From NCBI RefSeq assembly GCF_018977255.1, contig NW_024704742.1:104720001-104784000 (forward strand): a stretch of 64,000 nucleotides of DNA, given 5' to 3'. The first letter of the stretch is position 1, and every line of letters starts with the position of its first letter. Under the pieces are notes generated by a model. That model saw nothing but the letters and a program-made list of their open reading frames with translations, was not told where the DNA came from and did no database searches. The position numbers and the translations under genes were made by a program. The DNA is from Callorhinchus milii. Taxonomy: Eukaryota. This document shows positions 1 through 13,100 of this stretch, one piece after another.

Positions 1-835
1 GATGAGAATTTTGAATTCGATCCTCTTGAGGAATGGGAAGCCAGTGGAGCCAATGAGAGTAGGTATGATGCGGTCATGGAGCCTGGTGAGGGAGAGGACA
101 TGAGTTGCAGAGTTCTGGATGATCTGCAGCTTGTGGAGGGAAGAGTTGGGAAGGCCGACAAGTAGGGTGTTGGCATATTCAAGCCTTGTTGTAATGAAGG
201 CATGTTTGAAGATTCCGGTGGCCTGAGGGGTGAGGCAATGGCGGAGTCGGGCGATGTTGCGGAGGTGGAGGAAAGCAGAACGGGTCATGGCATGGATGTG
301 GGGGAGAAAGGACAGTTGAGGATTGAACAAGACATCTAGGTTTCTGACTGGCTTGGTGAGGTGGAGTGTGCATCCAAGGATGCTGATGCTGTCAGTGCCT
401 GAGGTGCAGAGGCACTGGCGCGAGCCAATCAGGAGAGCCTGGAGGAGAAGCCATTTGTGGAGATGAAGTGGAGATTGTGTGAGATAAGATCTGAACTATT
501 CAAGGACAGAAACTTAAAAGTTTAAGGTGAGAGGAGAGGCGGCAGAGGAGGATAGAGTGGTCCACAGTGTCAAAGGCAGCAGAGAGGTGGAGGAGGATGA
601 GGAGACAGAGGGACCCCTGGTCACAGATGGGCAGCAATGAAACTCAATTGGAGGGTTCGTAAAGGGAGTGGAAGGAGTGAAGCTGGGAAGCAACAACTCT
701 TTCAAGGAACTTGGAAAGGAAAGGGAGGCTGGAGATGGGGTAGTAGTTAGGGAGCAGGAATGGGTCCAAGGAAAGGCTTGGATCCAGGGAAGGGGTGGGG
801 TAGGCCAGAGTGGGAGGAGTTCAGACGTGATGGGC
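1..835 (-). mobile_element. L2 (LINE2) ORF2 fragment, internally deleted, runs off window start
   Basis: Reverse complement matches segments of the L2 copy at 60737-62846. Confidence 0.85.
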
Positions 836-1080
836 AGGGAGTGCTGCCAACATCGTCTTCTAAGTTCTCCCTCCCTGTGCACTTTACGAACAGAAAGTGC
901 TGCTGACATTACTTCATCTGAATGTACAAATAAATATTCTGCGAGGTAGTATCATAATAGAAAGGAATGGCTTTGTTTGGCTCACAATCTTAAGTTGATG
1001 TGTCATTTAGACCAATGCAGCTATTGTAGTCTTGCGAATGTTGTTGCAGGTAAATAAGAAGGATTTTTATTTTCCCACAG

Positions 1081-1186
1081 CGCAAAGTTGGTTTTAATAC
1101 AATGGGTTCAGGATCCAATGTGAATCTATCAGCAGGTTGGACAGATCTAGTTTTGCTGGCTCAATGTAAAGGGATAATACAAGACG
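1081..1186 (+). CDS. TMEM232: TMEM232 coding exon (window exon 1): [35 protein letters not shown]
   Basis: ttttcccacag acceptor, G|gtgagt donor, 106 nt, phase 0 to 1; resembles human RKLGLKTLGSG...LAQCKGEIQD. Confidence 0.93.
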
Positions 1187-4100
1187 GTGAGTTTTGAATT
1201 GCTATTTCCTAAAGCATTTTTACTTTACAAATAAATTGCAATGCCACAAAGCAGGTAGGATGAAGCTCCTGATAAGATTGCAGCCCAATTTCTCAGGAAA
1301 TTACAGGGAAATGCAAACCATTTGTTTCTGGAAAATTGTTTTGATTTGGAAGAATATTTTGGTCAAAGGGCTGCAAGTGAACCAAAAGTGAAAATTCTGA
1401 AACTTGCAATGAAGATTAAAAATAAATCTGTTATTGGCAATGACTAATTGGTTACCATGAGGGGGCGTGAGTGCTATGGTGCTTTTAAATTTAAAAGCTA
1501 TAATGAAAATCATATCGACATGGGATCTAATTAAAATTTAGATAAGAGATAAAAGCATGCCTTCTCCATCTGATACCATTTGATAAAAATGGCAAAAACA
1601 ATTAGCTCCCATCGTGTCTTGGAGCGCCGTATAGTGCAGGTTTGGATGCCGAGCTAGGTAGAAGGGGGGAGGAGGAGGTGACCATAGGGACAGTTGAAGA
1701 GGTAAGAGGAAAGTCTTCAGGTTGCTTTTAAAGATAGATAGAGGGGCAAGTCGAAGGGATTGAGACAGGAAGTTCCAGAGTTAGGGGTGTAGGTCACTGA
1801 AGGCACGGCCACCAATGGTCTAGGTATGTACAGTAGTCCTATGTCAGCTGAGTAAAGGGGGTGGGGGCAGAAGAGTGGGGTACAAGCAGCTACGAGAGAT
1901 AGGGAGGTGCTAGCTCAGTGGTTAGAGCATTCACTTTACAAGTGAGAGTCCTGAGTTCAATTCCAGGCAGGGCGAAACCTTGGGCAAGTTTCCTTACTCC
2001 ACACAGAGCCTAATAATAATCCTCCAAAACAAAACAATAATAAATTGGTCATTTTCAATCTACGACTGTTTGTGGGACATTGCTGTTCGCAATTGGCTGT
2101 CGCGTTCGCCCACGAATATACAGTCAATTCACTTTACAGTGTGTTCTGTGAAGCGCTTTGGGACGTCCTCCCGACGTGAAAAGCGCTATACCAAATGCAA
2201 GGATTATTATTATTATTATTATAAACGGATTTGTATGCGAGGATGAGGATCTTGAAACTGAACCTAAAAACTGGTTATTGTACATATTTTACAAATGATT
2301 TAAATAAAAGAAACAATAACCCATCCTCTCAAGATGATTATGGAGAGGAGGGGGGGAATTGTAATAATTGCCACCAGCTAAAATTATCAGATGGAGAGAA
2401 AAATTATCCTTTTGGCCTTCTCTCAATGGCATCCACCCCTCACCCCACTGATCGCTGAAGAATGGTTTGCTCTTTCTATTCCACAGAATTGATTTATAAT
2501 TTAAATGTAATTTTCTTCACCACTTTATGCGGTGAAGTAACATGAAAGTTTACATTTCTGTGGCAGATAGTAATGCATCACTAGTTATATCACATATTAC
2601 ATTCTCCCTTCCCTCTGAAAAGTATTCTAAAATAATCCTTGTATTTAGTATAATGCCTTTCAGGAGGACATCTCAAAGAACTTCATAGAATTATATAATA
2701 CATTACAAAATTACATTTGTATAGCGCCTTTCACATTGGGAGGATGTAACCCAGGCGCTGGACAGTCAGGGATTTGGACTTTTTGGACCTGAGCTGGGAT
2801 TGGGGAGGGAAGAGGTGGTCGAAGGCTCAGTCGAAAAGAGGGTTTCTAGAAGCGCCTTGAAGGAGGCAAGGTAGGGAGCGAGATAAAGGGAATGTGGGAT
2901 GAAGTTCCATAGGATGGGGGCAGAAAGGCTAAAGGCCTGACCGCCGATGGTGGGGTGGGCCGGGCGGCGACGTGAAGCAGGCCAGAGCCTGCTGAGTGGG
3001 GGAACAGACAGTTTGATATGGGGTTAGCAGGTCGCAGAGGTAGGGAGGAGCAAGGTCATGGAGGGCTTTGTAGGCGAGAATGAAGATTTTGAACTCTATC
3101 ATCTGGACGATGAGGCAGTGGTGGAGCCGGGCAACTTCGCGGAGGTGAGGGAAGGCAGAGCGGGTCATGGCACAGATGTGGGGTAGAAAGGATAGTTGAG
3201 GGTCAAACAAGATGCCAAGGTTCTGGACTGGCTCAGTGAGATGGAGTGTGCATCCATGGATGGTGATGCTGTCAGCGCCTGAGGTGTGGGGGTGAGCCAG
3301 TCAGGAGGACCTCGGTTTTGTTGACGTTCAACTGTAGAAAGTTGTTCTCATCCAGAACTTGATGTCTGACAGACATTCTGTCAGCACAGCAGTGGTTCTG
3401 GAGTCGAGGGTGGAGACAGGTAAGTGTTGTGACTGTATTTTGAGGGCGAATCTGGTAGCAAATCTACGCACAGCAGGTTTCACAGTCATGAACAATTTTA
3501 TCTGGGGATTGTTAGCCATGGCATCGAGAGAAACAACCTTTTCTTTTTGAATAGTGCCAATAGCTAATGAAGTTGAAAAAGAATAATTGCCAGCCTTAAT
3601 TAGCTTGTTTGATTCACTGATTGTGAGAAACTAATTGATCTCTAAAAAAATTCTCTAGGGGCTTTGGACATTCTCTTGACTTCCTTGGACCACGCCCCAT
3701 TCGATCCAGACCAGATTTCTTGTTTGTTCTTTCTTGCGGAGACAGTTTTGTACTGGATTTTTGCTGATGCCATACAACAGCCCTATCTTTATTCCAGCGA
3801 AATCAAGATCATAAAGGTACATACAAGGTTGAATTAAAATAACCCAGACAGCTTTGATTTGCATAACTGAATAATCATAATGATAAGCTATTTCAAATGC
3901 TGGATTCTTGTAAAACAATATTGTGGTTATACTGTAATGATAATATTATTACAACTAATTTTGTGAGATGCAATCATTGGTACCAAGGCTAACTTTTCCA
4001 ATAGTATTTACCCATGTTTTCAAGTGGTTAATGATTGATGTGGGATTGAAGTTAGAAACATGAGACAGTCTTCATTGGGAGTGAAAATCACAGATTCTCT

Positions 4101-7100
4101 TAGACTTGATTTTTTTTTATCATTTAAAGATATTCAGGTTTGAAATTTCAGTCTTCGTCTGAAATGTCATTTTGTCTTGAAGTGAAGATTGAAAAGGTTG
4201 TGAAAAATTCCTAAATTCAGTCTTAATTTGAAAGCTGTTTTTCTGCTGTTTTTAAAAGAACCCCGTTTCCAAATTAATTTAAGAATTCTCACAATTCTAT
4301 TCAATCTGAATTTTAAGATGAAATCATGTTCCAGGCTACGTCTGGTGTAGAACCCAGGATGTAGTCGCTATAGCTAGGTTTAAACGAACACTCACAAACA
4401 GAGTTAGCTCAGAAGTATAGTTTATTCAAATACTTGCAGCAAGGAGAGGGAAAGCGAGAGGCAATACAATAGCACGTCTCTCAGAAGAGTCGGTACTCTC
4501 CTTCTAACAATGGGGCAGTCCCATTAGTTTATATACATGATTATTTGCAATCACCTCATGCTTAACTCGTGTCTCAAACAATTCTTGCTGTTGATGGACA
4601 AGCATTCAATCATCACAAGCTTGAGTATACATTCACAGACAGTACAAGGACACAGGTTCTGCTCTGATTATCTACAGCTGTTGCTCAAAAACATCTCTAA
4701 TCTCATCATATCTAATCGAGACACTCTGTACTTTACGTGTTTTAGTCCTTTTACATTCCCACACTGGGTAGAGTTTTGTTTCTTTGAGGTTTGTCTAGAT
4801 CTGTACTTCTGCACTACCATGTTTCAGCTACTAGAGGTCCTCAGCAAGCTGTCAGATCCTGGCACTATATTTGTACCATATTATATTGCAGTATTTCATG
4901 CCCTGTTTTATAACTGGAAGCAATATCATTTTCACAGTAGAAAAGTGAATTAGCTGCACACTGTTAAAAAAGAATACCTAATTTTGGAGTTCTACATATG
5001 TGCAACTAAGAACTTTCAAATTAGGTGTCAGTTTTTGTATTATTAACAAACTAGTCATGCGGTCATATTATTAATGGCATTAAGAAGCAGTCCCCGGAAA
5101 GTTCTTGGACTGTCCAGTAGACACTTGTGTTGCAGTGATGTTAGAGGTGGTTTCAAATGGGGCTTTATGAGAAGTGTAATATACAATGCAATGGACAGAA
5201 CAAAGCCTATGTTATGCACCTTGATCAATATTTAGGTCTGAAGTATCTATTTCTCGGTGTGTATCTATTTACAATACATACTATAAGAAAAACATTTCAG
5301 TTTGAATTTACTTTCATTTATTAATAGGATGGACATTGCGATTTCTCACAGTAATTACCTGATCTCAGTTAGATTGTTATGGATAGTTGCTGATCGAAGG
5401 TTAAACACTATTTTCAAACCGGGGAGTGGGAATTAGAAAATAATTCTGAGTACCTTTCAATAAACTAGTTAAAGGCAGAAACAGATTATCGCCCTTCCCT
5501 TTTGATCAGGCAATTAAGATGTGTTTCACAGGAATTCATCTTTGGTTAAAATGGGAAGGATGGAGTCAATTATTTTACAGATTAGCTACAAATTGTTCTG
5601 GAACGTTTTTGAATTGACATTTTTATCTTAAGAGTTCTCTATTTTAAAAACTGTTAAAAAAAAGGCTCTTCAGTTTTTCTTTCAGATCTGTCTCTTTTGA
5701 TTTAAATTGTTTCTGCTCTCTTGTTATCTTGTTCATTTTCAGTTTCTCTTTCCTTGAGTGGAGCTTGCCAGCACCTCCTGCGAGTCAGAAAATACTTCGT
5801 AGATTCCCAATTTTCCAGTCCATTAAAGCAGACTTTAAACAGGCTGACATCGATGTTCTAATGGGCCTATTATATACACTGTTACGTCAAACACTACAAA
5901 GATTTTCTGTAGCTCCTGACACTATAAGAATTGGGTTTCCAGTCTTTGGAGTTGTTGAATTTTTCATGCTTATTACAATCTTTGATTTGTAGGTGTACAA
6001 TACTGTAAAGTCAAGCGACTGTGTATTTGTAGGCAAACATGGCAGCCAATTTGCACACACAATATCTCATAAGCAGTCATCACAGAGTGACACATTTTAT
6101 TTGAGCATTGTTAGCAAGGACATAAGAAGGAACTCCTTTCTCTTTTTAAATCGTGGTATGGGAACTTTAACAATAGTTAAAAGGGAAAAATGGGAGCTAA
6201 GTATGGGGAAAGGAGCAGGAAAATTCAGATGAAAATAATTCAATTTCCTTGTATTTAGACCCTCTTGAACAAGAAAAGTCATCCAATGCACAAATTTCTC
6301 AAAGAGTCTGGGGATAGGTTTCAATCTACAGGAAATCTATAGTAATTCATGAATTATAATGTCAATAACGTCTTGTTTCAAAGCTTTCACACTGAAAATC
6401 TGTATACTATATCTGAATGCTCACACCTAATTAGCATTTAAAAAAATTAAAAGGAGTGAAAAGTGTGCAATATGTTGAAAGAAATAATAATAATCCTTGC
6501 ATTTCATATAGCGTCTTATCATGTCTTCAAGACATCTCAAAGCACTTCACAGAATATACTGCAAAGTGATTTGACTGTATATCTTTTTTTGTGGGTGAAA
6601 CACAGCAGCCAATTGCACACAGCAGTGTCCCACACACAGTCATGGATTGAAGTAACCAATTTTTTTTTGTTGAAGGAATTATTACCCATGGAAAAGCAAT
6701 CCGCCAATCGACTAACAATCGGGTTCCTACTTACTGTTAGGTAAACAGAGACGTGTGGAATAAGGAAACTTGCCCAATATTTTACCCTGGCAGGAATCGA
6801 ACGCAGGTCTCTTGCTTGTGAGGCGAGCGCTCTAACCACTGAGCTACAGGACTCCACAACAATAATAATAATCCTTGCATTTGTCTTTCAAGACGTCTCA
6901 AAGCACTTCACAGATTTTACTGTAAAGTGAATTGACAGTATATTTTGTGGGGGAAACGGGGAGACCAATTGCGCACCACAGTGTCCCTTCAATGTCACTT
7001 CCTGTTTTGTGTATGCATAGCAAAGCAGGAAATAATGTTGGAGGTAACTTAATAACACAGAAGCCAGCCATTTTAGTGCTAAATGACTACCAGCATATGG

Positions 7101-10100
7101 AAGTGAGTGGATAGGGTCCACAGTGCAACTATATTTATAAGCGAATTTGCACTGTAGTAAAGCATGTTGTAAGAGGGCTGCACTGTATTATATGCAGGTT
7201 TAGCAAGTTCCAATGCTTGTGGACCACTTTGGGACATATTTGATTAGGCAATTTGAAGCGGCATGTTATTCTGGGACATGATGCTAGTGAAGTAACTTCA
7301 ATGTAAAATAAGGTTAAAGGGGATTACAAATGGAGCCAAGTATGTGGTGGGTGGGGTGTAGGAGGAGGGATATTGAGATCTTAAAAAAAAAGTCATTTCT
7401 TAGAACAACTAGAACAACTTCCAAAAGTCCTCTTAATCCCCAATTTCTCAATGTAGATGGATATCCAGCTGAGTTATGCAACAATTTGGATGCTGCCTTC
7501 ACTTACAAAACACACAGTCACTACACTTTACAGTATATTTTTGATGCGCTTTGACATGTCCTGCCGGTGTGAAAGGCTCTTTTCCCAGTCTAAGGATTAT
7601 TATTAATATATTAATATTATTTCTATATATTGCTAATGTACAGGAAGTCTATGATAATCAACTAATTTATTGTCAATTTTCCTGATATTTTTTTAGATGT
7701 TAGATAATCCCTACAAAACATCAGCAAAGATAATCATCATACTCGTGCCCCAGCTGATAGTGAGTCTATGATTTGAGTTTGAGTGCTTGGATCAAAATCC
7801 AAAATTATAAAGGATACAGGTTCCTTGCTTACCTGAATGGCAGCAAACCAGAAATGATCAGATATGTGATCTGAGTGAGTGTTTTCTGACAAATGGAAAT
7901 GGTTTGATGTAACTCAGTGGAGCTGCTTGTGAAAATCTGTACAAATAATAACTGATTAACTTAAATTTTAGAAAAGGCTTTCAAGGGAGTCATTTACTAT
8001 TCTATTTTAAATTATATTGTGATTGTTAGAAATTCCAACATAGGTGGCTTTTGCCATATTGATTTACTCATATTTTGCACATTCAACAATAACACTTAGC
8101 CCCCTTCACAAGATCACAAAATTGCCCTGGCTGAATAAGGCCTTTCTTCACCCCTTTGATATCATCCCCCCGAATGGCACCCTACTGTCCTCCTATCAGA
8201 GCGTCAAGCTGATTTTTAAATGAGTTCAGTGTCCTGGACTTACCACATTTTTTGGAAACCTGTTCCAGTCATTATGTACCATTGAGAAAATAAAAATGCC
8301 TGGTATTTGTCCTGATATTGTCCTCCACAATTCTAAACCTTTGTCTCTTGTTCTACTGTCTTTGTGCATCCTAAAGTATTGTTCTGCGTTTACTTTTCCA
8401 GTCCCATTTCAAATTGTGAGGTGAATTTGAGAGAGCCTCTATTGAGGTTGAGCTGGCCAGAGAAAGAAGTGAGGTATTGGCACAAGCTGAGGAGGATGGC
8501 CTCCATCTGGTCCATACGAACCTGCAAAAAATTTAATCTCATCCAGGCCTTGATGTCTAACAGGGAAGCGAATCAAGAGTAAAAGTTGAAAGTAGAAAGA
8601 CGGTAGGGTGGGTATTCATGAAGGATAAGATCAAACGGGCCAAAGGGCCTGCTTTATCCAAACCAACCTTGTGATCCTGTGATTTGGGTGCCATCTATTT
8701 ACATGTATATATTGTATCCACAACAATTACTGGCTATTAGCTACTAACTGTATAAGACTCTCGTTTCAGAAATGAAACAGAGTTGTTCTTGATTTTTTTA
8801 AAGTCATATTTGTAAGATGGAAAATAAACTGTTTTTTTTTAAAAAAGGTATACTATAATGTCATGATAAGCCTCTATAAAAGTTTGTATTTGTTTCCTTC
8901 TTTCCATAGCTTGGATTTTTGGTATTTCTAAGATTGTTCATCTTTCACAAGGTTGGACTCTTGGAAGATTTTAAGGATCATAAAGCTTATCTTTGTGTCT
9001 ATTTAAAAGGTAGGACTATGATAAACCTAATGCATCTAAGCCTCGTGTGGATTGTAAAAACACTTCAGTGAAAACAAATTACAAGTTGAAAATACTCCCG
9101 ATATGATTTTACAGATGCTTCAAACACAACTTGCCTAAATGTCCCAATAATTTTTATGATGTGTTGATGCAATGTTTTTTTTAAAACCAGCCTTGTTACA
9201 TGCCCCATTTTGAAAGTTTCAGTTTAATGCATTGTTTCATTGAAAGGCTCACTTAAATTGAATGTGTGTGTGTTGCTCACTGTTTTGGATCATTGGAGTT
9301 GCACTATTAACTGTACTTGCATGAAACATATGAAAAGTCTAAGAGTCAAATTTGATATTTTTCTTTTTCAGATATTCAGTTGTTTGCCAATTAGATTATG
9401 TAATTCAGGGACCATTTATAATGCAAGCACAAAAACTTTTAGAGTTATTGGTAATAATGCATTCACTGTTTCTAGTATTTTTCAAGTAATCAATGCATGG
9501 TTGAAGTGCTGTCCCTACTGACAAAAGAACTCAGTTCTTCAAAAGATGGGAGTCTGGGACTATGTTGGCCTGGAATATTTTGAAAGCTAACCTTTTAAAA
9601 TAAACGTTTTAATGCATTTTATATCTTTAAATACTGTTAAAAATAAATGTCAAAATCGCCAGGGGCCAAGGGTTGGCTGAGTAATTATGTTACTAGAATT
9701 TTGATTTATTGGCTAGTGGATCTGAGGTAGAACTCTGGTTATTACACTATGGCTTTCTCCCTGAATGTTCAAAGTCCTGTTTGTCTCAGCTAGTTCATTG
9801 ATTGAGAAGAGAAAACTGTCTGGAAGAAGAACTGGGAATGGGGAAGGTTTTGTCCTGTTCTGCTCAAGCATGCTTTCTGGCAGATTATCTGAAGAGCATG
9901 ATTCAGAGCATTTATGGGCACGTTCATGAACTGATCCAAAGAATATGGGTGTCAGATTTTCAGACTTTCTCTGATAAAATAAATGTTTTTGGAACATACA
10001 CTGATCAAATTGACCATTGTTACATTGATGATCTGTTTTGTGTCTTAAAAATGGTTAATTTTGTAATTGTACTGATATTTGCAAATGGTTTGCTAGAAAG

Positions 10101-13100
10101 TTGTGTACCTCGCTGTCAACAAAATAATTAATTCTTGCTTTTCCTGCTTTGGGATAGCGCTTTCATATCAGGATGACATCTCAAAGCACTTCACTGGATT
10201 TTACTGTAAAGTGTAGTGACTGTATTTTGTAAGAAAACAAATTTGAAAGTCAACGGAATTTGGAGGAAAAATGTAAGATGTATTTTGCTAAAATATATAC
10301 TAAGTGCCATAGTTTACTTTGGTGTAAAAGCCTAGAACGTTACCAGAAATGACACCAGGTCCAACCCCTTGGTTTCCATCTGCAATAGGTGGAGTGTCAG
10401 AATGCATGCTAATTTCTGTTCATTTTGCATCCATTTCCCTCAAAATCTAGTAACATATAGCTGGTAGGAACAGGTGTATTGTGCCCACATCTTCCTCTAT
10501 GAGACCATGGTTACCTCGTCATCACTGAGGGAAGGAAGTATTTACTCAGTCAAACTGAACTTCCACTCCATCACCAGTCATCCTTCTGCTTCCTGTCTTT
10601 ATCTCCCTGTAGTCAATGAGTCCATATAAAGATTCTTGAGGCAAGATCTTTATCCCTTCCTGGCCTGACTATTCCCCAACAAAAGGAATTTGTGCCATTT
10701 AAAAAGAAGCTAATTATTTCCTTCCAAGTCCCCCTCCTCACATTTTACCAATGTATCCCTCATCTATTTTATCAATGTGTCCTGATGTACCAAAAAGATG
10801 CATTTGAAACTTCCTCATCCAGAATAGGGAGAAGCTATTTTCACTAGCAGGGCGAAGCATTCTGAGATGCTTCCCCAAATGAAGGGTGCTATACAAATGC
10901 AAGTTGAAGCAGTGGAGTCAGTGACTAGGGGCTATAGTTATGACGATAATAATCCTTGCGTTTAATATAGAGCCTTGTCACATAGTTGAGACATCTCAAA
11001 TAGCTTCACATGATTTACAGTAAAGGGTGTGACTGTGTGTATTTTGTAGGCAATAGTCCAAAAGATAGTCACAAGAAGAGCAAAAGTGAGCTTAGGCAAA
11101 ATTGTTTTACACCAAAAGAGTTGTTGGATTTGTTGTGGAATGCCCTGCAAGTAAGGGAGCAGAGACAGAATCCATTGTAGGTTTCCAGAGGGAGTGGATG
11201 AGTATATGAAGGTAAGAGACTTGAAGGGGTATGGGGAAAGCAGGCCAGTGGGGTTGAATGAACATCTTGCTCTGCGAGCTTGTGCAGATTTGCTTGAATG
11301 GCTTTCTTCTGTGCTGTAAATTTCTTTCATTCTTTGTAATAAATGGCTCTTTCCTGTTACTGGCATCTTTTCTGCTAGTACTGCTGCATCCTTTCTCTTC
11401 ATTGTAATTTTATGTTTGCATCACGTTTCTCCATTGCAAATTGGAGTTAATATACTCCAGACATTTTCCTGAGGCCAAAAATGACCTTGTTGTGGCCATT
11501 GAGGTCTGTTGTGGGAGGTTCTGGAGCTTAATTTGTTTGGCTGCTCTTTGATGTTCAATTATAACCGTTCTAGTGTCTATCATTCATATGCCAGAATTGA
11601 TCAGATTCTAACTTCAAAACCCTTTAAGTTCTTTTCGGGCTAATTCACTGGAATTTTGACCCTATTTTGTTAACCCCCTGGGAACAATGTAATTCACTTT
11701 CCAAGCACCTTTGAATTCATGATTCTGCTAAATTTCCCCACTGTCTTTTAGGACTGGTATTTGGTGAAATATAAGGCTGTACCGTGGTTTGGGGCGGAGG
11801 GGGTCACATATCCCATTACTGATTTTGAACCCCCCCAAAATTGTAGAGCCCAGGCACCTCCCACTCTTCTCCATGACTCACTAGCAATCTCCTGCTCTGA
11901 TTCGATTCTAGCTCCTGCTGCACTTTCCATTTATTCAATCAGTGGGAGAATGAACATAGTAAAAACCTGACCGAAGTGGAAAGAAGTTATTTTAAGATCA
12001 TTTTCATATGTAATGAGAACTGACAGTTCAATCGGGGAGTACAGTCAGAGCTGATAGGGTGAGTCAGAGTAGCGATAGGTGAGTTGGTAGCATAACAAGA
12101 GCTGTCAGGTGTGTTGTGGACAAATGTTGAAGCTGAAAGGTGAGTCAGAGCACTCTAAATGAAGGAAGACTAAATTGTACACAATTTAAAAAGCCTTGGA
12201 ATCATAATAAAACAACATGACCATGACACGTCATTTTCTTTATAAATCAGTGGCATAACAAGATTGCATCCATGGCGATATTGTGTCAGTATGAAATGTT
12301 ATAACTCCAGTCCCTGCTGATCATAGCATTTAGACACAATGGGGACTCTTGAAATGATGTGCAGGAATCTGACCTGATGCCTGGAGTTAACAGATATATT
12401 GGTTCTTCATGAAGAATTGTTTTGTTTTATTTAAATGTTAAAAAAACATATTTGGGAAGTAATTGCTCTGTAGAGAGATATTTGACATTTGACACTTGAC
12501 ATTTCCGACCTCAGCACAGTGGACAAGGCCATTTCGGACCACTTCCTCATCTCCTTCTCTCACATCTCTCTCCTCCACCAAGCCCTCAACCATTCTCTAT
12601 CGCCCTTGGAAAAGGCTACCCCCTGAGACCCTCACAAAGGCCCTCGCATCATCAAACATCCTATCCCTCTGGCCTTCCACCCACAGAGATCCTGAAGCAG
12701 CCGTCCAGCTGCTCCATGATCGCCTCTCCTCCACTTCAACTCCCTCGTCCTCCTGAAATCCAGGACCATCTCCAAACCCACCCGATCCCCCGGTACAACA
12801 ACCATCTCCGCTGCCTAAAAACCCAAATCTGACTGCTCGAGTGCAGATGGCGGAAAACTGGCCTGACAGTTCACCGCCAACTGTCGCTCGAGCATCTCCA
12901 CAGCTACCGCCATTCCTTGATATGCGCAAAAACGGTCTTCAACTCCAACATCATCTTGGAGGCCAAAAACAATCCCAAAATCCTTTTTTCCACCACCCAC
13001 TACCTCCTCCGTGCCCCCCCTCAGGCCTCCTCAATCTTCACATCCAATGCCAAGTGTGAGGATGGACTTCTTTTCATCTAAAATACACAACATCCGCCAG

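Noticed and set aside
5729..5992. 87-aa ORF as a possible extra exon
   Set aside because: The flanking exons already join in phase and colinearly with TMEM232, and no homology was recognised
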